Positions 9,323-17,426 of a stretch of DNA of 64,000 nucleotides are shown here, piece by piece. Under the pieces are notes generated by a model. The model was not told where the DNA came from. It did no database searches and saw nothing but the letters and a program-made list of their open reading frames with translations. Numbering within the stretch: position 1 is the first letter of the stretch; every line of letters starts with the position of its first letter. The position numbers and the translations under genes were made by a program. The DNA is taken from positions 55,384-119,383 of the forward strand of contig CAKZUF010000007.1 in NCBI GenBank assembly GCA_937921685.1, read 5' to 3'. The stretch comes from an uncultured archaeon. Lineage in GTDB: Archaea > Thermoproteota > Nitrososphaeria_A > Caldarchaeales > Calditenuaceae.

Positions 9323-9768
9323 TCCTTACCTCCACCCTTTATTTTTGAGACGACTCTTATAGCCTCAATAAAAGTGTTTGGATACTGTCCGTTCTCATCC
9401 TTTTCATATTGTTTAACCGCGTCCCAAATGTTTAGTAAGGCTGTTGCCACTGCGGTAAGGGCCTCCATCTCCACCCCCGTTTTCTCATGAGTCTTCACTC
9501 TGGCCCGGACACCGATGCGCTGAGACTCCTTCTCTACCCAAGCATCTAGCTCAACTACCTCTATCCGGATATTGTGGCAGAGAGGGAGGAGCTGTGGTGT
9601 GTTTTTCGCACCAATAACCCCGGCGAGCCTAGCTATGGTTAGCGGGTCGCCCTTCTCAACCTCGCCTGAGAGTATCTTCTCAATCGTCTCTCTCCGCAGC
9701 CTGATATAACCCTCTGCTATCGCCTCACGATAAGCGACCGGCTTATCACCTACATAAATCTGTCTCAA
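9319..9768 (-). CDS. moaC: cyclic pyranopterin monophosphate synthase accessory protein MoaC
   Basis: LPLCHNIRI and GVEMEALTAVATALLNIWD are MoaC signatures. Confidence 0.85.
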   Translation of the reverse strand: MRQIYVGDKPVAYREAIAEGYIRLRRETIEKILSGEVEKGDPLTIARLAGVIGAKNTPQLLPLCHNIRIEVVELDAWVEKESQRIGVRARVKTHEKTGVEMEALTAVATALLNIWDAVKQYEKDENGQYPNTFIEAIRVVSKIKGGGKD

Positions 9769-9814
9769 GACCAGTGACTAAACCCCAACTCCCTACTTAA
9801 AGACTTTCTGAAAC

Positions 9815-10528
9815 TCAGCCCTTCAAAGCAGACCGTCTCAAAAGCTGTATAGCAAGAGCAGGGTCAACTCCTTTGGGACATACTGCGCTGCAAGAGCCAG
9901 CGAAGTGGCATCTCCAAACTCCTTCAAACCTGTCCACAAGTCGTACCCTCTCCTCACCACCCTCGTCCCTGCTGTCGGCATAATACCTGTATGCTTTCAT
10001 GAGTGGTTGCGGCCCGTAGAAATCGGGAAACGTGGAGACGACGGGGCAGGCTGAGTAGCAGAGTCCACATTGGATACAGTATGTGAATTGGAGGTATCTC
10101 TCCAGTTCCTCCTCACTCTGGAGATATTGTTTCGTCGGATTTTCTTGCTCTACGTTATCCTGTCTGATAAGCCAAGTCATTAATGCCTTCTGCTTTCTGA
10201 ATAGAGGTGTCATGTCAGTTACAAGGTCTTTTACAAGGGGATAGTTGCGCATGGGCTCAACCCTTATCACTCTTCGCTTGAGCTCTAGAACCTGTGTATG
10301 ACAAGCTAGCGTCTCCAAACTGTTGACTCTAACGCCGCACGAACCGCATATCGCCATCCTGCAAGAATATCTTACAGAAAGCGTTGGATCTATGTTCTCC
10401 TTTATATAGATAAGACCGTCAAGGATCGTCATACCTTTCTTGACAGGGACCTCATACTCCTTGTAAAAGCCCTTTCCCCCATCCTCGGGCCGATATCTAA
10501 ACACCTTAAACTTGACCTTCTCCACCAA
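9815..10528 (-). CDS. sdhB: succinate dehydrogenase / fumarate reductase iron-sulfur subunit
   Basis: CRMAICGSCG 2Fe-2S motif and C-terminal 4Fe/3Fe cysteine clusters (CIQCGLCYSACP, CHFAGSCSAVCPKGV). Confidence 0.85.
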   Translation of the reverse strand: MVEKVKFKVFRYRPEDGGKGFYKEYEVPVKKGMTILDGLIYIKENIDPTLSVRYSCRMAICGSCGVRVNSLETLACHTQVLELKRRVIRVEPMRNYPLVKDLVTDMTPLFRKQKALMTWLIRQDNVEQENPTKQYLQSEEELERYLQFTYCIQCGLCYSACPVVSTFPDFYGPQPLMKAYRYYADSRDEGGEERVRLVDRFEGVWRCHFAGSCSAVCPKGVDPALAIQLLRRSALKG

Positions 10529-10532
10529 CCCC

Positions 10533-10898
10533 TCACACCAGCGAATGCGCTATCAGGATCGTTCTCGTGCCATACACCAGTAAGAAAACACCCACCGCGA
10601 ACAATAAGGCCTCCACCCACCTCTTCCTAGCGCCGACCAGCTCGGTGATGATTGATCTGAGACCATTCATTGCGTGGACTGTCGTGCAGAGCAGGAGGCC
10701 AAATAGTGAGGCCGCCAGTAAGGCATTCCTATACACTGGCAATACTGCATAGGGGATCGAGTCAAACCTGAGGGTAGTCTCCCAGATAGTGTCTTGGAAA
10801 GGATACGTGAAGAAGATCGTAGCAACATGTATTGAGCCGAAGACAAGTATTCCTATTCCAGTGATGTAGTGGAGAAGCATCAGGTCACGCTCTCTCAT
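10533..10898 (-). CDS. sdhD: succinate dehydrogenase membrane anchor subunit (SdhD-like)
   Basis: A small three-TM hydrophobic protein lying between sdhC and sdhB. Confidence 0.5.
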   Translation of the reverse strand: MRERDLMLLHYITGIGILVFGSIHVATIFFTYPFQDTIWETTLRFDSIPYAVLPVYRNALLAASLFGLLLCTTVHAMNGLRSIITELVGARKRWVEALLFAVGVFLLVYGTRTILIAHSLV

Positions 10899-11386
10899 GG
10901 CCTAAACACCTTCATAAGGGAGTCCAGCGTGTATAATAGGGCGAAGACGGCCAGCGATATGCTCAGCCAGAAAAGCGCTCTCTGCTTGGAGCTAAATGAG
11001 GGAGGAGGCGAGAAGGGCTCCGGCCTCCTCGGGCGACCTAAAGAAAAACCAAAGTGGGCCAGCACTAGTCGGATGCCATTTATTGTGTGGAGGGCCACTA
11101 AAAATCCTACCACGGCAAGTCCTGCGTCAAATATGGGGTTTTTCAGTAGTTTGACAGTCTCTTCATAAGCCCTCTCAGCAAAACTATAATCGGGGACGCT
11201 CCAAACTGTAATTCCGCCGACAAAATTCCCTGTCTCTAACACGTGTGCAATGAAATATAGAGAGACCACCACCCCGCTAACTCTTTGCAAAACATAGCTC
11301 CACCGCTCAAGACCGTATCTTCCAGGGATCAGCATTACCTTCAGTGATTGGATAACTGAAGATCTACTCACACCCCGAGCCAACAT
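10895..11386 (-). CDS. sdhC: succinate dehydrogenase cytochrome b subunit (SdhC-like)
   Basis: Hydrophobic 163 aa overlapping the sdhD start; sits in the SDH operon context. Confidence 0.55.
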   Translation of the reverse strand: MLARGVSRSSVIQSLKVMLIPGRYGLERWSYVLQRVSGVVVSLYFIAHVLETGNFVGGITVWSVPDYSFAERAYEETVKLLKNPIFDAGLAVVGFLVALHTINGIRLVLAHFGFSLGRPRRPEPFSPPPSFSSKQRALFWLSISLAVFALLYTLDSLMKVFRP

Positions 11387-11476
11387 TTCTAGTGCTTAGC
11401 TAAGGCTTCAAAAATATTTTTCCGATACGCAGCGCTGAATAGCTAATATAATACTACCTCACTCTTTTAGTCGGGG

Positions 11477-12316
11477 TTGGAGCCTTCTTTAAAGACTACC
11501 AGGCTAGTTATGACTGTTGTGGAGATTAGGGACGAGACAGACGTGTGCAAAACCTATAGGTTTGTGAGCGCTCTGAACCAAGACATCTTCCCATACCTGC
11601 CAGGCCAAGATGTAAAACTCTACTTTGACACCCCTCTCAAGAAAAATGACTTTAGACTTTACTCGATAGCCACTCCACCCACCAGGAAAGGGTACATGGA
11701 GCTGACAATTAAGAGCGAACAAGGACAGTTTGCACCCTACTTTCTCTCCCAAGCAAAGGTCGGCGACCAATATGTTATTGAGGGGCCCTATGGGCGTTTT
11801 TTAAGCAAACCCCTAAAAATGATCGAGAACAAAGAGCTTGACACGCTAGTATTTCTAGCATCCTCGAGCGGCATAGTGCCCTTCCGCTGCTTCATAGAAT
11901 ACGCAATTGATACTGGACTAGACGTAGATATCTGGCTATTCTACGTAAACCGTACACGTAAAGACTTGATCTACCGCCAGCTATTACCAGCTCTATTGGA
12001 GGAGTATCCCAAGCTAAGGCTGCTCCTAAACTTCACTAGAGAGCACGAGATAGCTAAGACAGAGCTCTACGAATCGGTCTGTAACGTAAAGGACGAGCTA
12101 AAGGATAGGGTTGATTTCCTGCTAGGCAGGCGGCTAGAGTTTAGCGATATCGCATCGCGAGTTGAGAAGTGGAAGGATGCCTGGTATGGCATATGTGGAG
12201 GGGCAAAGTTTATTGCGGGTGACAGGCAGCTGGGACAGGACGGAATGATGCAGAAGATCGAGAAAGGCGGTGTAGGGAGGAGTAGGATAGAGATCGACTC
12301 CTACGGAACCAACTAG
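11477..12316 (+). CDS. FAD/NAD(P)-binding oxidoreductase of the ferredoxin-NADP reductase family
   Basis: RLYSIAT (RxYS FAD-binding motif) and a GPYG motif. No C-terminal Fe-S cysteine cluster. Confidence 0.55.
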   Translation: MEPSLKTTRLVMTVVEIRDETDVCKTYRFVSALNQDIFPYLPGQDVKLYFDTPLKKNDFRLYSIATPPTRKGYMELTIKSEQGQFAPYFLSQAKVGDQYVIEGPYGRFLSKPLKMIENKELDTLVFLASSSGIVPFRCFIEYAIDTGLDVDIWLFYVNRTRKDLIYRQLLPALLEEYPKLRLLLNFTREHEIAKTELYESVCNVKDELKDRVDFLLGRRLEFSDIASRVEKWKDAWYGICGGAKFIAGDRQLGQDGMMQKIEKGGVGRSRIEIDSYGTN

Positions 12317-12336
12317 AACGATATAGAGAATATTAC

Positions 12337-13227
12337 TTAGGTGGCGGGTCTTCCGTAAAGTGATTTTATTCCAAGCCAAGTTGAAAGTATTTCCCCAAAT
12401 AGATATGTTGCTGCGGCAGTCCCCAGTGTTAGTGCTATGTTCGTTATGATTTCCTTACCTGACTCTACATCCCTTACAACAGCTCCATAGTATGTAAAGC
12501 CAGCTATTAGCGTGATTGAAACTGCTATAGAGGCTGTAAATGCTGTGAAAATATCGGATGTCAGGAAGAATGGCAGTGCTTGGAGGATTACTGTTGAGAT
12601 GTAGGTTATCCCAGTTAGTAGTGCCGCCCTAAAAGGAACTATCGCTGGCGCTTGTTTTGCTTGAAGGTATACCGCTACCGCCATTGATATTGAAGCTGCA
12701 AAGCCGACGACTAGACCGGCCATGCCTGCCAGAATGGTCACATTGGTGGCGCCCAAGAAGCCTGCATGAACTCCGCTGATCTCGATTATAGCGTCTGCAA
12801 GCCCCAAAACCACGTAGCCCAAGTATTTGATAATGTTCTCCTCAATCTGCCCGATGAGCATTTTTTCATGTTCTTCCTCCTCCCTCATTATGTGAAAGAG
12901 TGTCTCCCTCTCCTTAGGAGGGAGGGCATCGCTGAGCTCTCGATACCACCTAACCACTGATCTCTCATGCCTCTCCAAGAGCCTAGCTATGAAGACCAGG
13001 CCCAGCAGTCTTCTAAGCAATACTATTAGCCCGATCCTAAGCCTTGAAGGGGGCTTAGGCTGATGATTCGTGAGTTGAAGCCAGAAGATATAGTGTTCGT
13101 ACTCTTTTTGGGATAGGTTTGAAAGTATCTCTCTACGTGAAGCATCCCTCTCCACATCTGCGAGTGACTTATAGATGACGTAGTCGTTAAATTCATCTAC
13201 AACGTACTTCCTTAGCTCTGACTTCAA
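12337..13227 (-). CDS. ferritin-like/rubrerythrin-like domain fused to a VIT1/CCC1 iron-manganese transporter (MbfA-like)
   Basis: N-terminal E-x-x-H ferritin-like helices (EYEHYIFW, EEEHEKM) followed by five TM helices of the VIT1 type. Confidence 0.7.
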   Translation of the reverse strand: MKSELRKYVVDEFNDYVIYKSLADVERDASRREILSNLSQKEYEHYIFWLQLTNHQPKPPSRLRIGLIVLLRRLLGLVFIARLLERHERSVVRWYRELSDALPPKERETLFHIMREEEEHEKMLIGQIEENIIKYLGYVVLGLADAIIEISGVHAGFLGATNVTILAGMAGLVVGFAASISMAVAVYLQAKQAPAIVPFRAALLTGITYISTVILQALPFFLTSDIFTAFTASIAVSITLIAGFTYYGAVVRDVESGKEIITNIALTLGTAAATYLFGEILSTWLGIKSLYGRPAT

Positions 13228-13290
13228 CTATTTTTGAAAGAATGCGAGGTATAATTTTTATATTGCTTCAACAAATGAAGTGCCCAGAAG

Positions 13291-13749
13291 ATGCCAGAAT
13301 GGGAATATTCTGTGAAAGGGCTGGACCCTGCCACCTCAGTTAAAGCCTCCCTCAGGGAGGTTGATCTATCTCCGAAGTGGAGCAGGGAGGTATGTGCAGC
13401 AATAAGAGGGATGAGGCTTCAAGATGCTAGGAGGCTTCTTGAGGATGTGGTGAAGAGAAAAAGGATGATACCATACCGGCGATACAGGAAGTTGAGGGCA
13501 CACCACTCGCAGACAAAGGGGCCTGGAGGATACCCTGTTAAGGTTGCGAAACATCTACTCAAACTTTTAGACTCTCTAGAGGCTAACGCAGAGTTTAAGG
13601 GCCTAGACACGGACCGGTTAGTGTTGGTGCATGCTCAGGCACATAAGGGGAGGGTAGTGAAGAAGTTTTTCCCCAGAGCTTTTGGTAGAGCAACACCACA
13701 TAATAGAACACTTGTACACATAGAGATAGCTGCGGTCCAAGCTCCTTGA
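13291..13749 (+). CDS. rpl22: 50S ribosomal protein L22 (uL22)
   Basis: Sequence and position at the head of the L22-S3-L29 block. Confidence 0.85.
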   Translation: MPEWEYSVKGLDPATSVKASLREVDLSPKWSREVCAAIRGMRLQDARRLLEDVVKRKRMIPYRRYRKLRAHHSQTKGPGGYPVKVAKHLLKLLDSLEANAEFKGLDTDRLVLVHAQAHKGRVVKKFFPRAFGRATPHNRTLVHIEIAAVQAP

Positions 13750-13804
13750 ACCTCTTCTGACGGATCAATCCTTAAATAGAGTGAGAAGTGCTCAATGAGG
13801 TAGA

Positions 13805-14428
13805 TTGGTCACTACGACGGCTAAAATGCTTCAGAAGAACATCAAGCGTGGTGAGGTAATAGAATTCATCAAGAACCGTCTGAAGGACGCCCTTATTGGT
13901 GACGTGTCAATAACCACCTCGCCAATCGGGACAAATATCATAATCTACTGCATGAAGCCGGGGCTTGTTATAGGGACGCGTGGTAAAACGATAAAATCTC
14001 TCCAAGAGGAGGTGGAGAGGAGGTTTGGACTTGAGAATGTACAAATATCTGTCTCCGAGATTGAGGTCCCTGAGCTCAACCCTGAGGTTATGGCTCAGCG
14101 GATAGCCCAAGCCATCGCGAGCGGAGTTAGATGGCGAAGGGTTGCCTTCTGGGCTTTAAGAAGGATAATGGACGCCGGAGCGATTGGCGCAGAGACGATA
14201 ATATCTGGAAAACTAACCTCGGCTCGTTCAAGGTCAGAGAAATTCACTGCAGGGTTAATGCCCAAGTCTGGCGAGTTCACAAAGTACGTCCGGGTAGGGA
14301 TAGCCCACGTCCAGCTTGCTACGGGGATATACGGTGTGAAGGTTAAGATATATCCGCCTGATGCCCCATTGCCTGAGCAAGTCTCTGTATCCGTGAAAAA
14401 GGAAGTAGAGGAAGCTGGTGGTGGGTGA
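13805..14428 (+). CDS. rps3: 30S ribosomal protein S3 (uS3)
   Basis: KH-like N-terminus and GVKVKI motif. Confidence 0.9.
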   Translation: MVTTTAKMLQKNIKRGEVIEFIKNRLKDALIGDVSITTSPIGTNIIIYCMKPGLVIGTRGKTIKSLQEEVERRFGLENVQISVSEIEVPELNPEVMAQRIAQAIASGVRWRRVAFWALRRIMDAGAIGAETIISGKLTSARSRSEKFTAGLMPKSGEFTKYVRVGIAHVQLATGIYGVKVKIYPPDAPLPEQVSVSVKKEVEEAGGG

Positions 14429-14637
14429 GTATGGTGAGAGAGGTCAGAGAGCTGAGGGAGAAGAGTGTCGAAGAGCTGAGGGAGGAGCTTGAGGCTGCGC
14501 GTACAGAGCTCCGCAACCTTAGAGTCAAACTATCGATGGCGGGTCAAGGCGAAAACACTTCAAACATCCGAAATCTCAGGAGGAGAATAGCGAGGATACT
14601 GACAATACTTAATGAAAAACAGCTTGAGAAGAAATAA
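14425..14637 (+). CDS. rpl29: 50S ribosomal protein L29 (uL29)
   Basis: REVRELREKSVEELREELEAARTELRNLR. Confidence 0.9.
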   Translation: MSMVREVRELREKSVEELREELEAARTELRNLRVKLSMAGQGENTSNIRNLRRRIARILTILNEKQLEKK

Positions 14638-14917
14638 AAGAATCGTTTCACTCATCGGATACCGCTGTACTGCGACCAAAAAGTCCAACGGCACTCGTTT
14701 CGAGGGCTTGATAATAGGGGAGACCGCCAACACGGTTCTAATACAGACTCGGAAGGGAACGAGGCGCATCTCAAAGAAGGAGCATCTCTTCGAGATTGAG
14801 GTTGAGGGGGTGAGGTTAATCGCTAATGGGGAAGAGCTAGTGGGGATGCCTGCACAGAACCTTAAACGGATTCGACATAATTGGCTTAAACGTCCCTCGA
14901 GGGGGTTGGAGACCTAG
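14612..14917 (+). CDS. rnp1: RNase P protein component 1 (Rpp29/Pop4 homolog)
   Basis: LIGYRCTATKKSNGTRFEGLIIGETANTVLIQTRKG; conserved position between L29 and S17. Confidence 0.8.
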   Translation: MKNSLRRNKRIVSLIGYRCTATKKSNGTRFEGLIIGETANTVLIQTRKGTRRISKKEHLFEIEVEGVRLIANGEELVGMPAQNLKRIRHNWLKRPSRGLET

Positions 14918-14975
14918 TGTTTATCCTTATTAAAACGGATATTGCTCTGATTTGTAAAAGGCTGGCTGAGCAGGG

Positions 14976-15329
14976 ATGTCTGGGAGACAGGCTGCGAACA
15001 TAGGCATCGAGGTTAAGCCACCACAGGCCGAGTGTGATGACGAGAACTGCCCGTTTCACGGCTCACTAAGGGTGAGGGGTATTATTCTCACGGGGAGGGT
15101 TCATAAAAAGCTTATGCAGAGGGCTATAGTTGTGGAGAGGGTTACGACCATTTACGTCAAGAAGTATAAGAGGTATATGAGGAGGCGGTCGAGGATCTCG
15201 GCACATCTACCACCATGCATTAATGTGGAATTGGGCGATGTTGTAAAGATTGCGGAGACTAGGCCTATTTCGAAGACCATTAGTTTTGTAGTTATTGAAA
15301 ACCTAGGGAGGGGTGGGGTAAGTGTCTAA
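14976..15329 (+). CDS. rps17: 30S ribosomal protein S17 (uS17)
   Basis: CDDENCPFHGSLRVRG N-terminus. Confidence 0.9.
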   Translation: MSGRQAANIGIEVKPPQAECDDENCPFHGSLRVRGIILTGRVHKKLMQRAIVVERVTTIYVKKYKRYMRRRSRISAHLPPCINVELGDVVKIAETRPISKTISFVVIENLGRGGVSV

Positions 15330-15756
15330 GAGATCAAGGGCGGTTGCTGAGGTAGGCGTTCTGCTTCGGAGACCAAACATCCCTAGGACCATTAATAAAG
15401 GAGCATACGTGCTTTGTGCAGATAACACGGGTGCGCAGGTTCTCAAAGTCATTCAGGTGATTGGTCTTAAGCAGAGGCTTCGAAGGCAGCCGGCTGCTGG
15501 GGTAGGCGACCTAGTGGCAGTAACTGTGAAGAAAGGTCCCATCGACTTGAGGAAGAAGGTAATGCACGCCGTCATCATTAGGCAGAAGAAGCCCTATAGG
15601 CGCCCAGATGGGACTTGGATTGTCTTCGAGGACACCGCAGCCGTCCTTGTGACGCCCGAGGGTGATGTAAAGGGCTCTGAGATTAAGGGACCGGTTGCAC
15701 GAGAGGCGGCTGAGAGATGGTCGAAGATAGCAAATATCGCGTCAATAATAGTGTGA
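15322..15756 (+). CDS. rpl14: 50S ribosomal protein L14 (uL14)
   Basis: LCADNTGAQVLKVIQV. Confidence 0.9.
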   Translation: MSKRSRAVAEVGVLLRRPNIPRTINKGAYVLCADNTGAQVLKVIQVIGLKQRLRRQPAAGVGDLVAVTVKKGPIDLRKKVMHAVIIRQKKPYRRPDGTWIVFEDTAAVLVTPEGDVKGSEIKGPVAREAAERWSKIANIASIIV

Positions 15757-15763
15757 TGGTGAG

Positions 15764-16132
15764 GTGATGAATCAGGTGTCGCGGACAAAGGATCCTTCTA
15801 AGCAGAGGCTCATGATACGTAATGCTCCGAAGCATATCCTCCCCAAGCTAATGTCGGCTCACCTCGCTCCAGAACTGAGGGCAAAGTATGGGAGGAGGTC
15901 TCTCCCAGTCAGGGTTGGGGATACTGTGAAAGTGATGCGGGGCGAATATGATGGTGTCCAAGGAAAGGTTAAAAGAGTCAATAGAGAGAGGCAATTAGTG
16001 TATATTGAGGGTCTTACGAGGAAGCGTGCCGATGGAAGGGTTGTAGACATACCTGTCCACGCATCAAATCTAATGATTATAGCTCTGAATCTCGACGACA
16101 GGTTTAGGAAAGAGAAGTTGGGTGAGGGATAG
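15764..16132 (+). CDS. rpl24: 50S ribosomal protein L24 (uL24)
   Basis: KOW motif VRVGDTVKVMRGEYDGVQGKV. Confidence 0.9.
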   Translation: MMNQVSRTKDPSKQRLMIRNAPKHILPKLMSAHLAPELRAKYGRRSLPVRVGDTVKVMRGEYDGVQGKVKRVNRERQLVYIEGLTRKRADGRVVDIPVHASNLMIIALNLDDRFRKEKLGEG

Positions 16133-16137
16133 GGGTT

Positions 16138-16854
16138 ATGCATCTGAAGAGGCTTGCCGCACCAAGTGTTTACAAAATCCCTAGAAAGGGATACAAGTTC
16201 GCCCCGAGGCCAAAACCTGGCAGACACCCACTAGAGGCGTCCATACCGCTCGCAGTTATAGTCAGGGATTATCTGGGCTTTGCCGCAACTTATGCGGAGG
16301 CGAAGAAAATCATCCACTTAGGCAAGGTCCTAGTTGATGGAGAGGTTATAACTGAGCCGAGGTTTGGTGTTGGGCTTATGGATGTAATCACAGTTCCCTC
16401 AGTGGGGAAAACATATCGCGTGCTGCCCCGCTTCAAACGGGGCTACGAACTCCTAGAGATCGCTGAGGATGAGGCAAATATTAAGCCTTGCCAAGTGAAG
16501 CGTAAACAGCACGTAAATGGTGGCAACATCCAGTTCACTCTACACGATGGTAGGAATCTACAGTTTCCTCCTAACAGCCCCGAGACCAGCTCAATCAGGA
16601 CTGGAGATACATTTGTGATAGAGTTGCCAAGTCAGACAGTAAAAGCAGTTATCAAGAGAGTTGAGGGGGTATACTGTCTGATCACCTCGGGCTCTAGAAT
16701 GGGGCTTCACGGGAGGCTTGTCTCGATGGATGCCGAGAGGAGATACCCCGCTAAGAGGCACGCTGTAATAGAGTCCAGCATGGGTCGGATAACTACTATA
16801 CTCGACTACTTCATGCCTGTTGGTGAGGATAAGCCATGGATAGCGCTATTCTAG
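16138..16854 (+). CDS. rps4e: 30S ribosomal protein S4e (eS4)
   Basis: MHLKRLAAPSVYKIPRKGYKFAPRPKPGRH. Confidence 0.9.
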   Translation: MHLKRLAAPSVYKIPRKGYKFAPRPKPGRHPLEASIPLAVIVRDYLGFAATYAEAKKIIHLGKVLVDGEVITEPRFGVGLMDVITVPSVGKTYRVLPRFKRGYELLEIAEDEANIKPCQVKRKQHVNGGNIQFTLHDGRNLQFPPNSPETSSIRTGDTFVIELPSQTVKAVIKRVEGVYCLITSGSRMGLHGRLVSMDAERRYPAKRHAVIESSMGRITTILDYFMPVGEDKPWIALF

Positions 16855-17360
16855 AGAATCCTATGCGTAGAATCAGGGTAAGCAAGGTGGTTGTCAACTC
16901 TTCCATCGGAGAGGGGGGAGTAAAGCTAGAGCGGGCGGTAAAGATACTCGAGATGCTGACCGGTCAGAAGCCGTCAGTCAGAAAGGCGAAGAAGACTATC
17001 CGCGGATTTGGGATAAGGAAGGGGGAGCCGATTGCCGCGGTAGTTACATTGCGGGGTATGAGGGCGGTGGAGTTTCTCCGAAAGGCCTTAGCGGCTGTAG
17101 GTAATAGACTGTCCCGCGACAATTTTGATGAGTACGGAAATTTTGCTTTTGGCATAAAAGAGCATCTCGAGTTTCCGGGTACGAGGTACGATCCCGAACT
17201 AGGGATAATCGGAATGGACATTATAGTGCACCTAGCTAGGCCTGGACTAAGGGTCTCAACGCGACGGATTAAACGGTCGCGGATTGGCAAATCCCACCGG
17301 CTTACCCGCGAGGAAGGGATAGAGTTCGTCAGAAACGAGTTTGGGGCCCAGATAGATTAA
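16836..17360 (+). CDS. rpl5: 50S ribosomal protein L5 (uL5)
   Basis: NPMRRIRVSKVVVNSSIGEGG... typical uL5. Confidence 0.9.
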   Translation: MDSAILENPMRRIRVSKVVVNSSIGEGGVKLERAVKILEMLTGQKPSVRKAKKTIRGFGIRKGEPIAAVVTLRGMRAVEFLRKALAAVGNRLSRDNFDEYGNFAFGIKEHLEFPGTRYDPELGIIGMDIIVHLARPGLRVSTRRIKRSRIGKSHRLTREEGIEFVRNEFGAQID

Positions 17361-17426
17361 GATTCTAACACTCAAGGGTCTAAGGAGAGTCAATTCTAGT
17401 AGTCTCGTACCCGGACTCTTTGCCAA

